Positions 55,071 through 64,000 of a stretch of DNA of 64,000 bases are shown one piece after another. The position numbers and the translations under genes are program-made. Each line of letters starts with the position of its first letter. Positions within the stretch are counted from its first letter, which is position 1. The notes under the pieces were generated by a model that was not told the DNA's origin, did not search any database, and saw only the letters and a program-made list of their open reading frames with translations. Origin of the DNA: Octopus sinensis (taxonomy: Eukaryota); assembly GCF_006345805.1 (NCBI RefSeq), contig NW_021833292.1:17213-81212 (forward strand), in the 5' to 3' direction.

Positions 55071-55333
55071 AATAAAATGACTATCCTGAAAATGCCTGGA
55101 ATGCATCATGCACATATACTTACTCGCAAATAGAACATATTGCAGATAGATAATACTCATACACAAACACATACATGCGAAACCAAGCACATGCAATCAT
55201 TTACGTACATGCACACACACTCAAAGAAACAGGTGCCACGTTGGCATATTAAACTCCCTGGTTTAGTAAATATATTCTGCTGGGCAGCTCCCTCTTGTGC
55301 TTCATGAAGGGCCTTATTTTTATTTATCTATCA

Positions 55334-55842
<509 letters not shown>

Positions 55843-55977
55843 TCTGTTTCAACACACAACTTCACATAAAAAATCTTGCACAACAAATATATAAACGTAC
55901 CTATATATATATATATATATACATATTATATATATATATATATAGATATATATTATATAATATATATATCTATATAT

Positions 55978-56897
55978 ATATAAGAATTAATGTTTTTATA
56001 TATAATGAACGTGAAATACAGGAGGAGGGACGAACACGGAACACAGACAAATCATTCGAAGCCTTCAATCTTCAGTCAGACACCGAATCATCATAGCAAA
56101 TTTCGGCTGTTCAATTCTGATATTTGCTCCAACTCGGCCAGCCCCAAGAAAAAAAACTAAGCTGTAAGCATTAGATTTCTTGGTAGAAGACAGGAATGTG
56201 AACGCACAAGACGGATGTGAATACAAGAGACGAAAACGAAATTGAAAACAGTAATGATAAACAAAATATATATAACGGTGGTTGTCATACGACTTTAGAC
56301 CAAATGAGACAAAAACAACAACAACAACATAGCTGGCGTAGAAATAATTACCGTTTCGGTAGCGGGGACACATGTTGGTCGAGATACGAAGGCCAACAGA
56401 ATGGTTTAAGAAGCAGCAGGTCGCAGGAGAGAGAGAAAGAGAGACAGAGAGAGAGGGAATCAAAGAGAGTGGAAGGCAGGGGACAGAATCAGTGACCAAG
56501 AGAAAAGGAGAAAGAAGGGATTAAGGAGGATGGGAGGAAGAGGGGAGGAGGATGGGAGGAAGAGAGGGGAAGAATCGGAGGGCGCCAAAAAGTTGGTGAA
56601 GAAGCAATGGCGGGTAGGAAAGACAGTGTGTATAGAAGTCGTGCAGGGTTTAAAATTGGACAAACAAACGGGGGGGGGGGGTGCACGTAACGCCGCAATA
56701 ATATAAGAATGAATGTTTTTATATATAATGAACGTGAAATACAGGAAGGGACGAACACGGAACACAGACAAATCATTCGAAGCCTTCAATCTTCAGTCAG
56801 ACACCGAATCATCATAGCAAATTTCGGCTGTTCAATTCTGATATTTGCTCCAACTCGGCCAGCCCCAAGAAAAAAAACTAAGCTGTAAGCATTAGAT
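55978..56897 (-). mobile_element. 920-bp element bounded by ~198-bp near-identical direct repeats (55978-56176, 56701-56897)
   Basis: The repeats differ at only about 2 sites. The ~525-bp interior has a GA-rich tract and no credible ORF. Microsatellite flanks. Strand is tentative. Confidence 0.8.
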
Positions 56898-56908
56898 ATG
56901 TCTAACTA

Positions 56909-56957
<49 letters not shown>

Positions 56958-57151
56958 TGTCTATCTGTCTATCTATTTATCTATTTATCTATCTATCTAT
57001 CATATATATATATATATATATATGTGTTTCTCACCTTATCATATGAATACACATACACACGCACGCACATGCTGGTGTATAAACTTCTACGCAGCATACG
57101 TGCTTAACTAATTAAAATTATTTTCACTTCTGCAGTGTCTGTCACCATTAC

Positions 57152-57243
57152 CAATTGACAATTGAAACCAGCTCCATAGCTCCGCGTGTGAAGATATATG
57201 GTATTATGATCTCATAAATGAAGAATTCTCCAAAGTCGACGTG
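57152..57243 (-). CDS. Candidate exon HVDFGEFFIYEIIIPYIFTRGAMELVSIVN(x); cf. PLXDC [24 protein letters not shown]
   Basis: Acceptor CTTTTCCTTACCCTCAATAG, donor GTAATG; 78-nt intron to the upstream exon, phase 0. Confidence 0.45.
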
Positions 57244-57321
57244 CTATTGAGGGTAAGGAAAAGCCTATTGTCAGAGAATTGAAGAGAGTTCTAGACACGT
57301 GTATCTGTCTCTTTGATATAC

Positions 57322-57390
57322 CTGAATTTGTCTGTGTTGTTCATATACATGCCACTGGCCACTTTGGTTTATTTGTCTTAGCAAATTTTT
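57322..57390 (-). CDS. Candidate exon KNLLRQINQSGQWHVYEQHRQIQ; cf. PLXDC2 RDLWVNIDQ...THRQAA
   Basis: Donor CAG|GTATAT. It ends two residues after HRQ in phase 0, where I recall the PLXDC intron lies. The acceptor is weak. Confidence 0.45.
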
Positions 57391-57699
57391 CTTTAAATAT
57401 TATATATGTATACATAGGAATAGAGAAAGATAGATAGATAGAGAGAACGATACACGCTCACTCACATACATACATACATACATAGATAAACACACCCATG
57501 TGTGTATGCAGATACAAAATCTCGCACGCTTGGAAGCATTCTTATCATCAATGTCTGTCATTGGCTTTGTTTTCCTTTTCCTATCTCCTAATTCTTAAAC
57601 CTCGTGCATATTTCACATATACAGATCCACACCCACGCACATAAGCACACCTATACATACTTACACAACAGTTATGTACATACACACATAACACACATG

Positions 57700-57742
<43 letters not shown>

Positions 57743-57757
57743 TATACACATATATAT

Positions 57758-57832
<75 letters not shown>

Positions 57833-57833
57833 C

Positions 57834-57864
<31 letters not shown>

Positions 57865-57898
57865 ATTATATTATATATATATTATATATTACATAATA

Positions 57899-57936
<38 letters not shown>

Positions 57937-58530
57937 TATATATATGTATGCATATATATACGTATGTATTTATACATATTCTCTCTTGTCTTTCTCTTCT
58001 CCCTCTATTTCGTTCTCCATTCATCATCTATCTCGTTGTTTCCTTTTGAACATACACGACTACAGCTCCGGGCTACAGTCGTATAATAATATCAAGAATT
58101 ACATAAAACATGCCATTATGGTAATCAAAACAGATGCATCAGAAATGCGTAAGATGAAAAACAAAAATAAAACTATAAACAGATTCTTGCCATAGATCTT
58201 AGAATAACATCAAGCACATATGAATATATTAGTTTGTGTATTTAAATTAGTTCCCTACTGAAATGGATTCAAACTCTTAAGACGAAGATTGTAATAGTAC
58301 AGAATTGTATGCATGGTTGCATGCATGCATCTATACGGTGTGTGTGTGTGTATCTATCTATGTGTATGTTTCAATGCTCTTTCCGTTGTTGTTGGTCCCA
58401 CTTTTATTGTATATATATATCCTACTTAATTCTAAAGGTACAGGTATAGGATTACACACGTTTTATTCTCGATTGTAGCATTGGTTGTTTTTGATTTTGT
58501 TTGTTTGTTTGCTTGTTGTTTTTTTTTCAG

Positions 58531-58589
58531 TTCAGGCATGGCGTATCTAGGACTGCAACTAACCAAAGGTGTTAATCCCTATCGAGGCG
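58531..58589 (+). CDS. Candidate plus-strand exon with ATG at 58538 (MAYLGLQLTKGVNPYRG)
   Basis: Long polypyrimidine tract plus CAG acceptor and a G|GTAAGC donor; no recognised product. Confidence 0.3.
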
Positions 58590-60139
58590 GTAAGCGATCT
58601 GAAAGACATTTCACTGCTTTTTCTAGTAAGTCGAGATATCGTATACAGGATTTCTAATTCATTGATTGAAGGTATTCATAGATGTTGCAAGTCGTGACAT
58701 TATTCTTTAATTTCATATCATCTTTTATCAGTTAGAACTATGAGAGAAGAATTTCCGAGACGACTATAATTTTCATAGTATATCAAGGAAGACATTTCCA
58801 AATATATTCTTCTGCGCGTGTACACCGTAGGGTATTTTGAAAAGATAATTTAGCTGCATTTCTTAAAACGTCAAAAGAAGTGAACAATTCTTTTAAATAT
58901 AAAGTGAATATTCAACCGTTAATCTCGGAATACACACATATACACAGATAGAAGTACAATTAGGTTCTTAAATATATAAACACAAACGTAAACTGAGTAT
59001 GAAACTGAATATTTATCATAAGAAAACATTATTTCTATGATTCACTGGAGGTGTCTTGTCTAACTATAATTCGAAAGATAGATATAGATCTTGAAGCAGA
59101 AGCCATATGTGTGGATAATGATTGATTTGAATATGAGGGACTAAGAGATCTGGAAAGGCAAAATTTAATAAATATGGTCAGAATGTAATGTATGATATAA
59201 AGAAATAAGATCGAGGGTGTTAACGTCTAATATTTAATTATATTTCAACACCACCAATGGTGCATAATTATACGTCTTAATCTCTAACACATACAGTAAT
59301 TTTGAATAACATTCCAGGGGTAATTTTATTAAGCTGGTCAACATTCTAACACTTCAGTCTTCCATTTTTGTTAAACAGTTTAAATGATAGACAGAAGTAC
59401 TGTACAGTTTGGTTTTTCAAATTGCTTCGACTCGTTTTCTTGGTTTCCTTACGTCAGCCAGCACTGTGCCTCTCTTATACATTTAACGTTAACATACTTG
59501 TACTAACAATAACTTTTGAATTGTAGTTTGAGAAGTTACGTTCGCTGAAACTTCAATTTAACTTCCAGCTTGTTATAGCACATACATACGTACACACATG
59601 TACACATTTATATAACACACATATGCATATATACATTCGTGATACACGTATATGAGTACGTGTATAATCCAATGTGTAAAGCGTATATCGATGTTTCAAA
59701 CTGAAGCTAGCTTCAGTTGTTAAACGTTAGGTCAAACATGATTAACTATATCTGTCATCAAAAATATTTCAGTAGTATGTATGCAATTTATTTTTCTGAT
59801 ATTATGCATGTAGGATAATATTAATTAAAACTTCTTCTTTATTTAAATAACGAGCAAAACGCCCCCCCATCCAATGGACGATGCTGAGTTGTCAAACATT
59901 TAAACCAAATTTTCTCAAATAACTTGTCCAACCGCCCCATTTGAGAAGCACTGATTTAACCTAAATTTGAGAGACCAGCAAAAGAAGAAATAAAGAAAGT
60001 ACTTTTTTCTATTTCAAAGAAAAATTATTTTATTCACACAAATATGGAAGTTTAAAGTACCAGTAATAATAAGGCTGTTGACTGGGATAACACAAACACA
60101 GTTTAAATAGTAAGCTTGGCAGGAAAGAAACGTGTCTTT

Positions 60140-60390
60140 AAACAGTACAGCAAAAAATGGAAGGTGCAGTTATGTACAGGTTGACGGAAGAAAAGCAGGA
60201 CAAAAACGGCTTTATCGATCGCATTCTCACCTGGAATCGATTTTTGTAATTTTTTCAAGACTTTTACACGCCCTGATATCGTCGGTATCTACATATCAAA
60301 TTTGGGTGCAATCGGATAGAGGATGCCCGAGATCCTAGAAGACACACGCACAGACAGACAGAACGGATTTTATGTAATAGATAAGTTGAA
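60140..60390 (-). mobile_element. Helitron/DINE-like 5' fragment
   Basis: The minus strand reads CTATTACATAAAATCCGTTCTGTCTGTCTGTGCGTG...CCGATTGCACCCAAATTTG; the 3' end was not found. Confidence 0.4.
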
Positions 60391-60779
60391 TTATGATAGA
60401 ATTGACTGTTATTTCTAACGGTCCGATTGATCTAATAGATGCTCTATTATTGATCTTCTTGAAGTTAACGTTCTCGTTGTTCCAGATGAAATAATTCCAC
60501 GTTACTCTTTCCGCAACGAAACGATCTCCAGCTATAATCAAGATCTCGACAAACAATAAGCTTCATCAGGCTGCATAATGCTTTCTATCCTGGATGGCAA
60601 TCCAATGGCCCACTGACGATCCAGAGAATTATTGCTTATGATTAAGAAGGCTATTATAGCACCGAAAGGCAAACTATAGAGCGGGAGAGTAATTAATTGC
60701 TGCATTTATAATCATACTCCTTCGTTCTGAGTGGAAAACCAGTTTATGTCAACTTTGCATTCGTCAGTCCAGGATATGG

Positions 60780-61570
60780 TGATTAAAATATGCATTGTTC
60801 ATTCACTCATTCCGGCACATCGACAGCCAAAAAGTTGGCTAGCAACGTATGGAGCTTGAAGAGCAACACCACACCACATACAATCAAGTGGAGAATCGTA
60901 GAAAAATCTATTCCCTATGTAAATGGATCTAAGAAATGCAACTTATGTGTAGCTAGAAGAATGCATATTCTCATTTCTTTATTGCCCACAAGGGGCTAAA
61001 CATAGAGGGGACAAACAAGGACAGAGATTAAGTCGATTACACCGACCCCAGTGCGTAACTGGTACTTAATTTATCGAACCCAGAAGGATGAAAGGCAAAG
61101 TCGACCTCGGCGGAATTTGAACTCAGAATGTAACAGCAGACGAAATACCTATTTCTTTACAACCCACAATATGCTAAACACAGAGGGGACAAACGAGGAC
61201 AGTCAAATGGATTAAGTCGATTATATCGACCCCATTACTTAACTGGTACTTATTTAATCGCCCCCAAAAAGACGAAAGGCAAAGTCGACCTCGGCGGAAT
61301 TTGAAGTCAGAACGTAGACGGCAGATGAAATACCGCTAAGCATTTCGCCCGGCGCGCTAACATTTCTGCCAGCTCTCCGCCTTAAATGAGAATGCATATT
61401 CTCTTTAGATCTAAGAATTCAACAGCACTAGTTAATTCCAGACCCGAAAGTTTGCATCAAATGCATGAATATGGACAAATTACTTTTGGCGACCTGGAGG
61501 TCAAGACCCTCTCCGTATCTGTCACGCAGATTTTGGACTACTCCCCGTTCAATTATTCTACAACTAGTTT
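60780..61570 (+). mobile_element. Penelope-like GIY-YIG relic interrupted by a SINE dimer
   Basis: LASNVWSLK...IKWRIVEKSIPYVNGSKKCNLCVARRMHIL continues after the insert as FRSKNSTALVNSRPE. The 3' UTR ends TTTTGGAC...CTACAACTAG, as in the 13.7-kb copy. Confidence 0.8.
60973..61388 (-). mobile_element. Family B SINE dimer with a 15-bp target-site duplication
   Basis: AGAATGCATATTCTC at 60958-60972 and 61389-61403; junction at ~61148/61149. Confidence 0.9.
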
Positions 61571-61879
61571 ATTTATGACTTCTACGGTCGGAGGGGGCTT
61601 AACGTTAATTTTCTTTTTCTTTTTCCGATTTTATTCACCGTTCTACTTTTTGCTACAACCCTCTTCTCGTTTTATTTCTCGTGATATTGTCATGGACCTA
61701 ATATTCAAGTAGAACAGACCATGTGCTCAGAGACAGCCCGAAGATTGTTTGAAGACACAAGACGTGTTATAAAACCTGCCTCGACACACGAATTCACAGC
61801 AAAACATTATTTGTAGCTCGTATGTTTATACCGTGTAACATTAAAGCATATTATTCTTACTGGTTGAACTCTCCCACAT

Positions 61880-62004
61880 ACCCCACCCTCAGCCTAACCC
61901 ACACCCCACCCTCAGCCTAACCCACACCCCACCCTCAGCCTAACCCACACCCCATCCTCAGCCTAACCCACACCCCACCCTCAGCCTAACCCACACCCCA
62001 CCCT
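61880..62004. repeat. 23-bp minisatellite, 5.4 copies (ACCCCACCCTCAGCCTAACCCAC)
   Basis: Units start at 61880, 61903, 61926, 61949 and 61972, with a partial unit at 61995. Confidence 0.95.
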
Positions 62005-62107
62005 TGATTTCCCCACCCGAGCGTTATTCTAATACATATGTTTGTTGTCTACACCACTTGTCTTCGTCTTTTGTTGTTTTGTAATTCTCCCTATATATTC
62101 TCTCTTT

Positions 62108-62508
62108 CTCTTTTTTTCTCTTTACTTGTTTCAGTCATTTGACTGCGGCATGCGGGAACCACGCCTTTAGTCGATCAATCGACCCCGTAACTTATTCTTT
62201 GTAACCGCGTATTATTCTATCGTCTCTTTTGCCGAACCCTAAGTGGCGGGGACTAAGACACACCAGCATCGGTTGTCAAGCAATGCTAGGGGGACAAACA
62301 AAACCACACACACACACATATATACATATATATACATATATACGACAGGCTTCTTTCAGTGTCCGTCTACCAAATCCACTCACAAGGCATTGGTCGGTCC
62401 GGGGCTATCAGCAGAAGACAATTTGCCCAAGATGCCACGCAGTGGGACTGAACCCGCCAACCATGTGTGGTTGGCAAGCTACTTACACCACACAGCCACT
62501 CCTGCGCC
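62108..62508 (-). mobile_element. Family A SINE, full length, degenerate
   Basis: Homology to 8224-8605. Confidence 0.85.
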
Positions 62509-62519
62509 TATATATATAT

Positions 62520-62550
<31 letters not shown>

Positions 62551-63941
62551 GTTATATATAACAATTTAACAAATAAAACATATGCATACATACATATATG
62601 TCCATACCTACATCTATATGTATATATACATTCATATATATATTAGTATATATTATTATTAATATATATATATCTATATATATATATATATGAGTACAGG
62701 ACACCACAAATAAACGTAGAACACAACGAGAACGAAAACATAAAAACAAACAAGGAAACGGACTTTTTTACAACGAAAAACAGAGTACAAGACAAACAAT
62801 ACAAAGGAATATTCCCCTTCATCAGCTGCCCCTGGTTCGACTCAATGCGTGTTTCGAAGGTAAGGGCAGAACACGATCCGGCCGATACAATCCTTCCTGC
62901 AATAAAATTCTTTTGCAGAGGGGTAAAAAAAGAAAGAAAAAAAGTGACAAGAACAGGACGTAAAAGTAATACAAATAAAAATACAGTACACATAAAGAAT
63001 AAAAACAGGACAAGGAAACCAACATTGAGGGCTTTTTTAAGCCTAGACGGTGGAAAAATTCGTTGGAATGCACTAGAAGATCGACTTGCTAGAGACAGAA
63101 GAGTTCAGAAAAATTTAGATTCAGATGAACATGGTACTTAGGTCAGAATTTTGTATGGTATTATCCATATAAATCCATTGGGTGATTGTTGCTTATTTTG
63201 GTTATATATACATGTGTGCATGTGTGCGTGTGTATAGGTCTGTGCGTATGTATGTAAAATAGGGATCATTAATATACTAACTAGAATTAATTAAGTGCGG
63301 ATGAAAGAAAATAATAAACCATTATTAATCCATGATTAATACTATTTTAATTATTACAGCGAGCGTGGAACACTTGCGGCATGATTCAGTGGTTTTATTA
63401 TTTTACTAGTGCACTGTAGCCTTCAGCAAATGAAAATGTTTTAAAAGTTGCCTTCGTCGTTTATCTTTCGGTATGCAATTATCCAAATGATATGCGTCGA
63501 AATGATTGCAATAAAACTATCTGGTCTTTGTTTTTCAAGGATAATAATTTTGAATGAGTCCTTCATTTAAAAAATTTAGCGAGTGATTTGAAACAGATTT
63601 ACTTGATTTATACATAGTTTGAATGACATCGGTTTCATCCTTCCATTTCTCTGGCAAATTCATGTTATACTACTCGACGATGGAAGTAATTATAACAACG
63701 CCAAATCAATTAGTTCTTAATCCCTGATACAATTTCTTTAGTCTCTGCGCTGAATAGATATTTTAACCGTTGAAATCGACACAATATTTGAGATGGAGTA
63801 TGAGGTCGTATAGTATTGACGGACATCGTATGAAAATAAAATTATAGAAGCGAAGTATTATGTTCTATATTTTCAGGATAAACACCGCAATGCTTCGAAA
63901 TTTTTCAATACAATATAGTATGTGTGTGTGTATAAATATAA

Positions 63942-64000
<59 letters not shown>

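Noticed and set aside
57174-57252. Plus-strand exon-like segment DIWYYDLINEEFSKVDVLLR with a GTAAGG donor (kelch-like wording)
   Set aside because: It overlaps the minus-strand exon that fits the PLXDC chain, has a weak acceptor and has no other kelch exons nearby. It is not fully excluded.

Overview
A very AT-rich, microsatellite-saturated eukaryotic window. The SINE families and repeat density look like a cephalopod (Octopus-like) genome; this is recognition, not a database result. Almost all listed ORFs are microsatellite artefacts. Real content: (i) scattered minus-strand candidate exons (57.4 kb to 16.6 kb) of a divergent single-pass membrane protein resembling plexin-domain-containing proteins (PLXDC/TEM7). 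The exon chain is incomplete, and a PSI-like exon sits downstream of the TM exon. (ii) At least three tRNA-derived SINE families, including two TSD-flanked dimers. (iii) Relics of Penelope-like (GIY-YIG), Tx1/L1, RTE and R4/Dong retroelements, mariner and Tigger-like transposons, and a complete mini-Helitron. (iv) The most unusual signal: several unrelated short palindromic or (TA)n-tailed mini-elements that carry minimal hammerhead-ribozyme-like cores reading outward, alongside autonomous Penelope-like relics that could have mobilised them. All alignments were done by eye; nothing was computed beyond the supplied ORF track.
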